Positions 9,551 through 19,455 are shown, numbered from the stretch's first letter. The stretch: DNA of 64,000 nt from Pseudomonadota bacterium (GCA_036336885.1 JAYZFG010000007.1:51978-115977), one strand, 5' to 3'. Numbers and translations: made by a program. The notes: generated by a model not told the origin, from the sequence alone.

Positions 9551-10345
9551 TCAATTTTGACGACGCGCCACCCCCGGCATTGCAGTAAAGAAAAACAAGA
9601 GCATGGACACCACTACAATAGATGGCCCTGCGGGGGTATCAATATAGGCGGAGGCTGCAAGGCCACCTAACACCGAGATTGCACCCAAAATTATCGCATA
9701 AAATGCCATCTGCTCAGGCGTTCGGGAAAACCTCCTAGCGGTTGCCGGCGGAATGATTAGTAAGGAGATGATTAGCAATATTCCAACAATTTTCATTGAA
9801 ACCGCTATTACAAATGCGATCATCAACATAAAAATCAATCTGACCCTGCCTAATGGAACACCATCAACAAGCGCCAGACCCTCATGTACCGTCATTGACA
9901 ATAGCCCACGCCAAATCAGAGCTAACAGTATGAGGCATACCACAGCACCACCATAAACCCAGATTAAGTCAAAGGGTGAGACCGACAGAATATCACCAAA
10001 CAAATACCCCATGAGATCAATTCGCACATTATCCAAGAAGGCAACTACGACCAATCCTAGCGCCAACATTCCATGGGCTAGAATTCCAAGTATTGTATCT
10101 GATGCAAATCTTTGGTCACCCTCCATGGCGTAGAGGGCAGTTGATATAGCTACACAGATTGCTATCACACCCAGTAACGGATTTAAATCAAGTATAAGGC
10201 CGAGGGCTACTCCTAAAAGTGCAGAGTGGGAGAGTGTAGCACCAAAATAGGACATGCGACGCCAAACCATGAAACAACCCAAAGGACCAGCGATGATCGT
10301 AACACCCACGCCCGCCGCAAATGCTAATAGAAGAAAATCATCCAT
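9551..10345 (-). CDS. znuB: Zinc/manganese ABC transporter permease ZnuB
   Basis: Polytopic membrane protein of the ABC-3 family. The start is reassigned to the internal Met (MDDFLLLAFAAG) so it does not overlap the znuC stop. Confidence 0.8.
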   Translation of the reverse strand: MDDFLLLAFAAGVGVTIIAGPLGCFMVWRRMSYFGATLSHSALLGVALGLILDLNPLLGVIAICVAISTALYAMEGDQRFASDTILGILAHGMLALGLVVVAFLDNVRIDLMGYLFGDILSVSPFDLIWVYGGAVVCLILLALIWRGLLSMTVHEGLALVDGVPLGRVRLIFMLMIAFVIAVSMKIVGILLIISLLIIPPATARRFSRTPEQMAFYAIILGAISVLGGLAASAYIDTPAGPSIVVVSMLLFFFTAMPGVARRQN

Positions 10346-11129
10346 TGCCGGCCTCTTGCCGTTGATTCCCAGTCTCTTTAATAGGAGTTCCAGCGAGATC
10401 ATGCCGATGATCATGATGATGGGTATAGAAAGCTAATGCCGAATCTACAGTATCTGACCCAAACATTTCCAGATAAGCTGGGTTGCGGCTAACTGTATCG
10501 GGTTTTCCTTCACAGCAGATATGATTATTAAGGCAAATAACATGGTCGGTAGCGGCCATCACGAGATGTAAATTGTGGGAAACCAACAAAATACCGCATT
10601 TACGACGATCACGAATAGCCCTAATCAATTCATAAAGCTCACCCTGCCCCGCAAAATCAATACCAGCAGTAGGCTCATCTAAAACCAGCAATTCTGGTTC
10701 ACGTAATAAAGCCCTAGCTAACAACACACGACGTAATTCACCCCCTGAAAGTCCTTGCACAGGAATATCAAGCGAAGTTGAAAAACCGACTTCCCTAAGA
10801 GTAGTCTCCAAATTTGGCAGTGAATTACGAGCCCCGAGAAAAAGGAAACGTCTTACATCTAGAGGCAAAGTGGGGTCTATTTCGAGTTGTTGTGGGACAT
10901 AGCCTATGACGAGCCCTGGTTTTCGTTCTACTCGTCCACTATCACATTTAATCAATTTAAGAAGGGCGTTAATCAATGTTGATTTACCGGCACCATTTGG
11001 CCCCACCAACGTAACAATTTCACCAGAATTTACACTTAGGCTAATATTATCGACAACCGGTTTCCCCCCCCTAGAAACTGTCAGGTCAGTCGCCCGAATA
11101 AGCGCTCCGTCATCCAAATCTTCAATCAT
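10338..11129 (-). CDS. znuC: Zinc ABC transporter ATP-binding protein ZnuC with a His-rich C-terminal tail
   Basis: Walker A GPNGAGKST, ABC signature LSGGELRRVLLARAL, Walker B LLVLDEP, and the tail ...HHHDHRHDLAG. The start is probably the internal Met at 11129, just after the zur stop. Confidence 0.85.
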   Translation of the reverse strand: MIEDLDDGALIRATDLTVSRGGKPVVDNISLSVNSGEIVTLVGPNGAGKSTLINALLKLIKCDSGRVERKPGLVIGYVPQQLEIDPTLPLDVRRFLFLGARNSLPNLETTLREVGFSTSLDIPVQGLSGGELRRVLLARALLREPELLVLDEPTAGIDFAGQGELYELIRAIRDRRKCGILLVSHNLHLVMAATDHVICLNNHICCEGKPDTVSRNPAYLEMFGSDTVDSALAFYTHHHDHRHDLAGTPIKETGNQRQEAGNG

Positions 11130-11649
11130 TGCGAGATCCAGACGAACAATCTGCACACCTACCAATTACCTCCACAGTCTGCTGGCCAACGGTAAATCCC
11201 ATGGCATTGGCTCGGCTTGCTACAGCCCGAGCAACGGCTTCATCATCTAATTCTGCAACAGTTCTACAATCCTGACATATTAGGAACTGTCCTCCATGAT
11301 GGCGTGCAGGGTCACCGCAACCAATATAAGCATTTAGAGACTCGATGCGATGTATCAGACCGTGCTCCATTAAAAAGTCTAGGGCTCTATATACCGTAGG
11401 TGGCGCCGCCTTACGGTGGCTATCCTTCAACCGGTCAAGCAACTCATACGCGCCAATTGGACCATGACTTGACCACACCAATTCAAATACTTTGCGACGT
11501 AACGGGGTAAAGGTCAGACTTTCGTTCTCGCAGCAAAGTTCCGCGGCAGCCATAGCCTCCGAAATACATTTTTTATGATTATGGATTTGTGGCTGAAACG
11601 GCGCAATGACCGAGGTATTTTTATCCAATTTCTTCATAAGAATCTCCAA
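11122..11649 (-). CDS. zur: Fur-family zinc uptake regulator (Zur)
   Basis: 175 aa with the Fur-family DNA-binding helix and the metal-site motifs HHGGQFLICQDC and CADC. It sits directly upstream of znuCB. Confidence 0.8.
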   Translation of the reverse strand: MEILMKKLDKNTSVIAPFQPQIHNHKKCISEAMAAAELCCENESLTFTPLRRKVFELVWSSHGPIGAYELLDRLKDSHRKAAPPTVYRALDFLMEHGLIHRIESLNAYIGCGDPARHHGGQFLICQDCRTVAELDDEAVARAVASRANAMGFTVGQQTVEVIGRCADCSSGSRND

Positions 11650-11656
11650 GGATGCT

Positions 11657-11678
11657 TAATGTTATACTATATCATATA
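11657..11678. promoter_or_regulatory. Candidate Zur box, an imperfect palindrome immediately upstream of zur-znuCB
   Basis: TTAATGTTATACTATATCATAT contains ATGTTATA and TATATCAT half-sites resembling Fur/Zur-type AT-rich palindromes. It lies 8-30 bp upstream of the zur start. Confidence 0.3.
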
Positions 11679-11782
11679 TCCCTCTGTTCCACGCAAGTTT
11701 TGTTAGTCGAAAACAATACTTGCACAACCCGATTCGATTGGTCTAACAAGATAGACATATAAAATGTTGCCTTACGAGGCGA

Positions 11783-12493
11783 ATGAAACAAATAAAAATG
11801 AAAACATTCGATATTCCCCGAAAGCTTGTCGCTGAATTTCTCGGTACCGCTTTTCTGCTCGCCGCCGTTATTGGCTCTGGGATCATGGCCGAGACACTAT
11901 CCCCAACAAATAATGGCGTGGCCCTATTAGCCAATATGGCCGCAACCGGTGCTATATTGACAGTATTAATTATAGTATTTGGTCCCATTTCAGGCGCACA
12001 CTTTAACCCTGCAGTTACCCTTGCCTTTGTTATAAGACGTGAAATTACACCGGGCCAGGCACTAAGCTACATTTGTATTCAAATTATCGGTGCACTGACG
12101 GGCGCCGTTATAGCCCACATTATGTTCAGCGCCCCGCTCCTAGAAGCTTCGAACAACATTCGTACTGGGCCCGCACAATGGATTGCAGAAATTGTTGCCA
12201 CATTTGGGCTTATTATGACAATTTTCGGCAGTATCCGCTTTCGTGCATCCGCAGTCCCTTACGCGGTGGGTCTGTATATTTCGGCGGCCTACTGGTTTAC
12301 GTCTTCAACTTCGTTTGCAAACCCAGCAGTTACAATGGCGCGAAGCCTTACCGATAGTTTTTCAGGGATCCGACCGGAGGACATGCCAAGCTTTATTGCG
12401 GCACAGCTGATCGGTGCGGTTCTTGCCACGATAATAGTAAATTGGCTATTTAGTCCTCAGCACAAGGATAATAACTATGAAAAAAAGCTTTAG
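11783..12493 (+). CDS. aqpZ: Aquaporin Z (MIP family water channel)
   Basis: 236 aa with two NPA boxes (SGAHFNPAVTLA and ANPAVTMA) across six transmembrane segments. Confidence 0.85.
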   Translation: MKQIKMKTFDIPRKLVAEFLGTAFLLAAVIGSGIMAETLSPTNNGVALLANMAATGAILTVLIIVFGPISGAHFNPAVTLAFVIRREITPGQALSYICIQIIGALTGAVIAHIMFSAPLLEASNNIRTGPAQWIAEIVATFGLIMTIFGSIRFRASAVPYAVGLYISAAYWFTSSTSFANPAVTMARSLTDSFSGIRPEDMPSFIAAQLIGAVLATIIVNWLFSPQHKDNNYEKKL

Positions 12494-12547
12494 GTTTCTT
12501 ATTAAACTCCATGCCCCATTTATCTGAGATTAAGTAATTCTATCGCG

Positions 12548-13429
12548 ATGCGATTTATGCAATTTTTTATTTCGATTTTATCGGGTGTCCTGGCCCTTAG
12601 CCTAGTATCGTTTTGTTCGTTGAACGCCCAAGAAATCATTGAGTTTAAAAGCCTAAACGACTCAAGAACAAAGATCCGTGGCGAATTATTCAAGCCTAAT
12701 CTTTACAAAAGACCGGCGGCTATAGTGATGATGCACGGTTGTTCCGGCCTTTACACAAAGTCCGGGAAAATACGCACCAACTCTGCTGCGTGGATCAAAC
12801 GTTTCGTGGCTTGGGGTTACGTTGTGCTGGCTGTAGACGGGTTTACGCCCCGCGGGTTTCGGACGATGTGTAAAAGGAGAAAAAGGCCCCTCCATTCTAT
12901 CGATGATCGCCCTTTTGATGCATATGGAGGGCTGGCTTGGCTCAAGAAACAGCCCTTTCTGAATAAGGACCAAATTTTTTTAGTAGGTTGGTCAAATGGC
13001 GCAATGTCTACTTTATCAGGTCTTCGAAGGAATAAAGCTGAGTACTTTGGTGATGGCCACCGGTTCAAAGCCGCAGTGGCGTTTTACCCTGGTTGCATTA
13101 CTCTAAAAAAAAGGGTCCGAAATAGGTATAGGCCTTACGCACCTTTACTTGTATTTATAGGATTAGCCGATAATTGGACGTGGCCGAAACCCTGTATAGA
13201 TATGATTGAGCAGGCCTCTAAAGATGGTTTTCCAGCAAATTATATTGCCTTTAGAGGTGCCTATCACGCATTTGATCACCCTAATTTACCAATCAAGACA
13301 ATAATTAGTCGAAATGCCAAATGGAAAAAAGACAAAGAAAGATATGTTACCGTTGGCTCAAATGGTCCCGCTCGTGAAGCGGCAATCAAATTCATACGCA
13401 TTTGGCTGGACAAGCAGGGCACAAAATAA
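12548..13429 (+). CDS. Secreted alpha/beta hydrolase, dienelactone-hydrolase-like
   Basis: Signal peptide MRFMQFFISILSGVLALSLVSF...A, then MMHGCSGLY and the nucleophile-elbow-like LVGWSNGAM. Confidence 0.65.
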   Translation: MRFMQFFISILSGVLALSLVSFCSLNAQEIIEFKSLNDSRTKIRGELFKPNLYKRPAAIVMMHGCSGLYTKSGKIRTNSAAWIKRFVAWGYVVLAVDGFTPRGFRTMCKRRKRPLHSIDDRPFDAYGGLAWLKKQPFLNKDQIFLVGWSNGAMSTLSGLRRNKAEYFGDGHRFKAAVAFYPGCITLKKRVRNRYRPYAPLLVFIGLADNWTWPKPCIDMIEQASKDGFPANYIAFRGAYHAFDHPNLPIKTIISRNAKWKKDKERYVTVGSNGPAREAAIKFIRIWLDKQGTK

Positions 13430-13450
13430 ATTTTTCCTAAAGGTTTTTGT

Positions 13451-15040
13451 TTATATGGTGGGCGGCGGCTCAGCAGCAAACTCTGTGCCAGAAAGACAAA
13501 GACGACCTTCGGGATCTTGCCAGAGTTTATTGGCAGCATGGAGCTCTCCAATCGCTCGCGTGACTGCCTTGAAGCCCTCGCCTTCAAAAGTTTTGGCAAG
13601 CTCTTCAAAATATAATGGCTTCTTCTCTATCAAAAATTCAATGCGCACAGCAAGCTCAGTGATATCTACATCAACTGATTGCTTGGCCGTTTCTTCTCCT
13701 GCACCCAAATAATCTTTCAAATCCACCTGGTTTGCATAAGCGTATTCAATGCGCTCAAAACGCTCACGCGGCAGGTCGTCAGGAATTGTTGCATCAATAC
13801 CGCATTTGGTTGTTATAGGTGTCCGACCAGGGGTAGCCTTTAGGCTGGGATCCAACGGTTTGGCGCGAAGATCGGGGATTATAACAATGTCACGGTCCGC
13901 TTGAACCCGCGTCGCGATTGCCCACTCAACATCAGTTCCGTTAAAAACATCTATATCTTCATCAACCACGACAACATGCTTTATATCCGAGGCAACGAGT
14001 GCCGCCATGATTGCGTGCTTAGCATCACCGGGCCGCTTTCGAATAGAAACAATAGCATGGAAATAGCAGGATCCGCCGGGGGTAATATTCACATTAACCA
14101 GGTCAAGGTTTGCGGTTTTAAAAGCACGCCTTACCGCGGCCTCGCGGTTGGGCGCCCCAGGCAATATCACCTCCCAAGGCATATGAAGAGCATAATACAT
14201 TGCATCTTTACGCATAGAAATTGCTTTAATTTTCACCTGCGGGTTCCAGTGAAGTCCTCCCATAAGACGGGTAAACTCACCAAAACGCCCCTCAGGTTTG
14301 GTCCAACCAGTCGGCAGAATTTCGGCTTCTAAAACAATTTCAGCATCCGCAATACACGGAACATCAACTGTCTCCCCGGGAGTAAGTTGGATAGGACCTC
14401 CCAGCATACCACCGGCTATAGCCAATTCGCTCTGGCCCATTGGCGCCCTATATGTTGCACCTACATTGATCGCCAAATGAGTACCTATATTAATTGAAAT
14501 TGGTAGAGATTCATTGCGGCGGAAAGCTTCCAAAGCCAGCAATTGAAGATCATTAGGTGTAACGATATCAATGCCTGTTAGGTTTTTTTCGCGTAATAAG
14601 AACCTATAAATTCCAGCGTTAAGAGAACCACTACTACTCTTAGCAATTGTTACCCCTGCGGTTATCATGGGGCCGCCATCATGAATTGAGAAAAGCGGTA
14701 CGGGCAATTCAAATAAGTCAACATCATCATCAACCATTAGAATTTGGCGAACGGGTCCACCGTTAATTAATTCGGGCTCTATGGGACTTGATAGACCTTC
14801 ATCAAGGCGTCTATAGACATCTTCGTATAGACAATCGAATGCCGCTCCAATGCGTTCTCTAGAATTAGCAACACCCGAGATAACCGGCATCGCGTAATCA
14901 TTAACATTGTGAAAGACTAGAGCTTTCTCCGATTTGTCGACTAACGTAGCAATGTGGCGAATATCGACAGGTTTGGTGATATCCTCAACATGTCCGTCAC
15001 GGCGCAAATTTTCGACTATATCACGAAAACTGGTTGTCAT
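13451..15040 (-). CDS. UbiD-family decarboxylase, paralog 3, with a ~75 aa C-terminal extension
   Basis: 529 aa. The core resembles paralog 2 (LNAGIYR, GRFGEFT, VVVVDEDIDVFNG), followed by the extra tail SVDVDITELAVRIEFLIEKKPLYFEELAKTFEGEGFKAVTRAIGELHAANKLWQDPEGRLCLSG. Confidence 0.85.
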   Translation of the reverse strand: MTTSFRDIVENLRRDGHVEDITKPVDIRHIATLVDKSEKALVFHNVNDYAMPVISGVANSRERIGAAFDCLYEDVYRRLDEGLSSPIEPELINGGPVRQILMVDDDVDLFELPVPLFSIHDGGPMITAGVTIAKSSSGSLNAGIYRFLLREKNLTGIDIVTPNDLQLLALEAFRRNESLPISINIGTHLAINVGATYRAPMGQSELAIAGGMLGGPIQLTPGETVDVPCIADAEIVLEAEILPTGWTKPEGRFGEFTRLMGGLHWNPQVKIKAISMRKDAMYYALHMPWEVILPGAPNREAAVRRAFKTANLDLVNVNITPGGSCYFHAIVSIRKRPGDAKHAIMAALVASDIKHVVVVDEDIDVFNGTDVEWAIATRVQADRDIVIIPDLRAKPLDPSLKATPGRTPITTKCGIDATIPDDLPRERFERIEYAYANQVDLKDYLGAGEETAKQSVDVDITELAVRIEFLIEKKPLYFEELAKTFEGEGFKAVTRAIGELHAANKLWQDPEGRLCLSGTEFAAEPPPTI

Positions 15041-15118
15041 ATCGAGCTCCTGAACTAATGATACATATTAACATATCCGCCATTTCAATAGTCGTGCAAA
15101 TCTAACCAGAGATTTATA

Positions 15119-16009
15119 TTGATTGCTCACCAAATAATGACCAACTTTAAACAAGATAAAATTGATGTCCTCGACCATGTCGCTGTTATTGTCCAGGACC
15201 TTTCTATGTCAAAAGGTTCCTTTAAGCGCCTTGGATTTTGTTTAACACCTGTATCACAACATTCTGGTGCGCTTACCGCTGGTGGGGAAGTGGTCCAGTG
15301 GGGATGCGCAAATACCTGTGTCATGCTGGAGCAAGGTTACCTTGAGCTTATGGGGATTATAGACGAAAACCTCTACGACAATAAAATTCCAGAGTTCTTA
15401 TCACGGTACGAAGGCATTCATATTATGGCCTTCGGTTGTCAGAATCCAAACTCTGTATCCAATCGACTAAGTTCCTCGGGTTTTAAAAGCAACGGGATTT
15501 ATAGCCTGTCCAGGGCACTCGATACCCCAAAAGGTCAAAGGACAGCCAAGTTTGAGCTAGTGAGACTGCCGCCCGGTGATATGCCTGAAGGGCGTGTGTT
15601 GGCTATCAAACACCTCACAAAAGATTATTTATGGCAGGATCGATACATGGAACATCCTAACGGTGCTTTAGCTCTTGAGGAATTGGTTGTTTCAGTCGAA
15701 GACCTGCCAACAGTTGCTAAGCGTTACACGCGTTATTTTGGAATAAAGCCAGTTAATAAAGGAGGAAGTTGGCAGTTCAAATTACGGGAGGGTACTTTCG
15801 TGTTAACCACGAGCAGGCTGTTATTTGAAAATTATGAAATTAACGCGCCTTCAAACCCCTTTGCGGCTATTATCAAGATTAAATCTCGAAACTTGTTTAA
15901 AACTCGTAAAATTTTGAACCAGAATAGTGTCAAATTCAAAGAAATAAAGAATGGGATCCAGGTTCCAGGTTCCGAAGCTTCTGGGGCAACCGTAATCTTT
16001 ACTGAGTAG
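15119..16009 (+). CDS. Two-domain VOC (glyoxalase/dioxygenase fold) family protein
   Basis: 296 aa with VLDHVAVIVQDL (VOC N-terminal beta-alpha-beta-beta-beta) and a second repeat. It overlaps the downstream FAD enzyme by 4 bp. Confidence 0.55.
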   Translation: MIAHQIMTNFKQDKIDVLDHVAVIVQDLSMSKGSFKRLGFCLTPVSQHSGALTAGGEVVQWGCANTCVMLEQGYLELMGIIDENLYDNKIPEFLSRYEGIHIMAFGCQNPNSVSNRLSSSGFKSNGIYSLSRALDTPKGQRTAKFELVRLPPGDMPEGRVLAIKHLTKDYLWQDRYMEHPNGALALEELVVSVEDLPTVAKRYTRYFGIKPVNKGGSWQFKLREGTFVLTTSRLLFENYEINAPSNPFAAIIKIKSRNLFKTRKILNQNSVKFKEIKNGIQVPGSEASGATVIFTE

Positions 16010-16012
16010 ACG

Positions 16013-17425
16013 ATGGATTTTGATCTCATAATCATTGGGGCTGGTTTTGCAGGGCTAACTGCCGGAAATCGGGCTGCTGAACTCGGTTTAATACCTCTAG
16101 TATTGGAGGCAGGCAGTGATCAGTTTTATAAATGTAATTCCCGTTTCTCTACTGGATCATGTCATGTGGCTTTTAATACACCATGGACTGACCCGGACGA
16201 CCTAACAAAAACAATTTCCGACAATCTAGACGGAGCCGCCCGAAAAGACCTTGCTATTGCTATGGGAAAAAATGCTAGCCGAACAATCGATTGGCTCCGC
16301 TTGCAAGGAGCCACTTTTGAAGATCATCCAAGAAGATCGGATCATATGCCCATGCTATCCCCCTTAAGGGAGATGAAGGCTGGTTTGGATTGGGAAGGCG
16401 GAGGCGCCAACTCACTCCTGAAAAAACTTGGAAAGCTCTTGATAGACCGCGGCGGGAAACTCCATCTTGGAAGTCGGGTTACCAAATTAAACATAGAGAA
16501 CGGACAAATTTGTGGTGTAAACGTTAAAACTCAGAAGGGCAGCTACAATATCTCCTCAAATGCGGTGGTTATCGCCGACGGCGGTTTTCAAGCCAACCCG
16601 AAGCTTGTTGAAAAATATATAGGCTGCCCCATTACCAAACTCCAGCAGCGCAATGCCGGCACTGGGTTAGGCGATGGCCTTCGCATGGCAATGACTATAG
16701 GCGCCGAGGCGGTTGGGTTGGAAAGTTTTTACGGTCATGTTTTAAGTCGGGATGCAATAGAAAATGAAAGTTTATGGCCCTACCCACAAGTCGACTTAAT
16801 CTGCGCAACCAGTATTGTCGTCAACCAAGAAGGCAAACGGTTCGCAGACGAGGGATATGGTGGAATTTACATCGCAAACTCTATAGCTCGGTTAGCCGAC
16901 CCATTGTCGGCAACAGCTATTTTTGATGCGCGCGTCTGGGAGGAGGCCAAGACCACGGACAATGTACCTCCTAACCCCAGTCTTCCGCATGCCGGGGGGA
17001 CGGTGTTGCAAGCCCCAACACCGTGGGAATTAGCGGTCATAGCTAATATAAACCCAGTGGGACTTTCGACCACTATAGATACCTACAATCACCACCTGTT
17101 GAACGAGATAGACCAACCTCTCACCCCATCGCGAACACAAGAAACATATGTTGCGCAATCTATTAGCGAGCCGCCGTTTTATGCCATACCCCTTTGTGCT
17201 GGAATTACCGTTACCTCTGGCGGCCTTTCGGTAAATGGAAAAGGGCAGGTTATGGGTAAAGATGACTACCCTATTAATGGTTTGTACGCCGCTGGCTCAA
17301 CGGTTGGGGGAATTGAGGGTGGTCCCCGGTCTTCCTATGTAGGGGGATTAATGAAATCGTTTTGCATAGGTCTCTTGGCGGCAGAAACTATTGCCGGTCA
17401 TCATGGGTCGCCAGACAGCGTTTAA
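16013..17425 (+). CDS. FAD-dependent oxidoreductase, FAD_binding_2 type (fumarate reductase/TcuA/KstD-like flavoprotein)
   Basis: 470 aa with the N-terminal dinucleotide fold DLIIIGAGFAGLTAG and a C-terminal GLYAAGSTVGGIEGG. Confidence 0.75.
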   Translation: MDFDLIIIGAGFAGLTAGNRAAELGLIPLVLEAGSDQFYKCNSRFSTGSCHVAFNTPWTDPDDLTKTISDNLDGAARKDLAIAMGKNASRTIDWLRLQGATFEDHPRRSDHMPMLSPLREMKAGLDWEGGGANSLLKKLGKLLIDRGGKLHLGSRVTKLNIENGQICGVNVKTQKGSYNISSNAVVIADGGFQANPKLVEKYIGCPITKLQQRNAGTGLGDGLRMAMTIGAEAVGLESFYGHVLSRDAIENESLWPYPQVDLICATSIVVNQEGKRFADEGYGGIYIANSIARLADPLSATAIFDARVWEEAKTTDNVPPNPSLPHAGGTVLQAPTPWELAVIANINPVGLSTTIDTYNHHLLNEIDQPLTPSRTQETYVAQSISEPPFYAIPLCAGITVTSGGLSVNGKGQVMGKDDYPINGLYAAGSTVGGIEGGPRSSYVGGLMKSFCIGLLAAETIAGHHGSPDSV

Positions 17426-17474
17426 AAGATTAGAATAAGGGCCACACCATCGTTTCGGACTATTTCACGAGTAA

Positions 17475-18548
17475 ATGAGTTTTTTTTCTGCCTTTAAAGA
17501 CCGACTTCCCCGAGTGGGTCTTTCATTGATTGTAAGCATTCCCGCTGGATGCCTTCTTGCGTGGCTGGAAACACCAATTCCCTGGATGATTGGCCCGATG
17601 ATTGCCGTAGCCACACTCAACTTACTTGGTATCCGTGCTTTCGCAATCCCATACGGACGTCAGATTGGGCAGGTAATTTTAGGTTCAGCAATTGGTATCT
17701 ATTTTACTCCACCGGTTTTGGCCGCCCTTGCCACAAATTCCACAGCCATCTTTATCACAACTATTTCCGCCTTCGCGATTGGAGGTGTCGGGGCTTTGGT
17801 AATGTCAAAGGTGTCAGGTGTTGACGGCAAGTCGGCATTTTTTTCCTCAATCCCTGGCGGGTCAATGGCAATGGCGAACCTCGCTGAAAAATATGGGGCA
17901 ACAATGCCCCCTGTTGCCGTTGCCCACAGTCTCAGGGTCTCCATTTTAGTTATTGTTATCCCTTTTGGAATAACCTACGGAGGAATACCAGTCGAGGCGT
18001 CTGCCTATCGACCAGAGTTTGCCTTGGACTACTCCATCCTAATCCCTTGGCTAATCGTGGGGCTGATTTTAGGCGAAATTTCCGAACGACTCCGATTTCA
18101 TAATGGGTGTCTACTAACCCCACTTTTTTTGGGTATGATCCTTGCATTAAACGGGGTAACTCTATCAGAAGTGCCCAGTTGGTTAACCGATGTCGCACAA
18201 CTATTATTTGGTCTGATTTTAGGCGAAAGATACGAGCGGGCATTCTTTGCCCGCCACAAACTCTTTATTCCTTTCGCACTGATTAATGCACTCTTTATAA
18301 TTTTAGCATCAGCTGCCGTGGCAGTTGGTATCTTTTTTGTCTTCGACTTACCCATAGCAACGATGATTATAGCTACAGCACCTGGCGGAATGGCAGAAAT
18401 GGCTATTGTTGCTCAAGCACTGCAGATGGCCGTACCGACGGTAATGGCGTTCCATTTATTCCGGATTATCATCGTAAATATGGGAACTCAGTATATTTAT
18501 ATCACCGCTGTCTGGGTGCGCAGAAAATTTGGCTCCCAAATCAACTAA
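17475..18548 (+). CDS. AbrB-family membrane protein (duplicated AbrB/putative ammonia monooxygenase-like transporter domain)
   Basis: 357 aa polytopic protein with the internal repeat SIPGGSMAMANLAEKYGATMPP / TAPGGMAEMAIVAQAL. Confidence 0.65.
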   Translation: MSFFSAFKDRLPRVGLSLIVSIPAGCLLAWLETPIPWMIGPMIAVATLNLLGIRAFAIPYGRQIGQVILGSAIGIYFTPPVLAALATNSTAIFITTISAFAIGGVGALVMSKVSGVDGKSAFFSSIPGGSMAMANLAEKYGATMPPVAVAHSLRVSILVIVIPFGITYGGIPVEASAYRPEFALDYSILIPWLIVGLILGEISERLRFHNGCLLTPLFLGMILALNGVTLSEVPSWLTDVAQLLFGLILGERYERAFFARHKLFIPFALINALFIILASAAVAVGIFFVFDLPIATMIIATAPGGMAEMAIVAQALQMAVPTVMAFHLFRIIIVNMGTQYIYITAVWVRRKFGSQIN

Positions 18549-19318
18549 GCAAAATAATTAGTCCAAGCAGCATAAAGTAAGCGAGCTGCGAGTAACGTCA
18601 GAATTGTCTGTAATGCAATTCGAAAGGTCTTTTCCGGCAACCGGTCCAAAACTCTTCTACCGATAATCGTCCCACATACGCCAAACCCTATGAGACCAAC
18701 CATTAAGGGAATGTACGGCCCAAAAGCAAAACCTAAAACACCAAAAAGGATAACTTTAAAGAGATGCTGGAACGTCATCAATGAAGCATGGGTTGCCACA
18801 ACCTGTTGACGTTCTTGGCAGGCAGCATTTACGAAAGGTGCAACAAGCGGTCCCGTACCGCCGACAAACATTGTTGCAAAACCACCGAAGACACCACAGC
18901 CAAAAAATTTCATAGGACCAGGATTGGAACTACGAAATTTGGGGGCCCAGGTAGCGTAGAGGACAAACACACCTAGAATTGATTGCAACAACCAAACTTC
19001 TAAGGCAAAAATCGTCAGTCCGCCTAACCACGACCCTAATAGGGTCCCAACTAAAAAAGCTGGGATCACGGAATAAAGAATTTGGCGCCGCATAAGGAAC
19101 GCACGAAATCCGTTAGAGCCAATTTGCACAACCGCGTGAACAGGTATCAAGACGGTGGGAGGCAAAAACAGGGTCATAGTAGCCAACACCAGCAGACCAC
19201 CACCCAAACCCAATCCAGCAGCAATAAAACTACCAACAAACGAAATCCCGCAGAGTGCTGAAAAACCTGCGAAGTTGAGCGTCGTGCCATCTGTCAATAA
19301 AGATATAAATAGTTCCAC
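18545..19318 (-). CDS. TauE/SafE-family anion (sulfite/sulfoacetate-type) exporter
   Basis: 257 aa membrane protein with the DUF81 glycine-rich helices GLGLGGGLLVLATM and GGFATMFVGGTGP. Confidence 0.7.
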   Translation of the reverse strand: MELFISLLTDGTTLNFAGFSALCGISFVGSFIAAGLGLGGGLLVLATMTLFLPPTVLIPVHAVVQIGSNGFRAFLMRRQILYSVIPAFLVGTLLGSWLGGLTIFALEVWLLQSILGVFVLYATWAPKFRSSNPGPMKFFGCGVFGGFATMFVGGTGPLVAPFVNAACQERQQVVATHASLMTFQHLFKVILFGVLGFAFGPYIPLMVGLIGFGVCGTIIGRRVLDRLPEKTFRIALQTILTLLAARLLYAAWTNYFA

Positions 19319-19455
19319 TACCCCCCCCTACCTAGCATCTCCGTCTTTAACACACCTGCAAATTCTTCGCACCTACCCCCCTTACCTTCTTAATAGGTTG
19401 CAGTAACCCCTGACCTGAGTTAGGTCCATCTGACAAAATAGGAAAGGACTGACCT

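Noticed and set aside
19319-19386. G-quadruplex on the minus strand (G9 and G6 runs)
   Set aside because: There are only two substantial G-runs, and a canonical G4 needs four. It is more plausibly a slippage-prone homopolymer.
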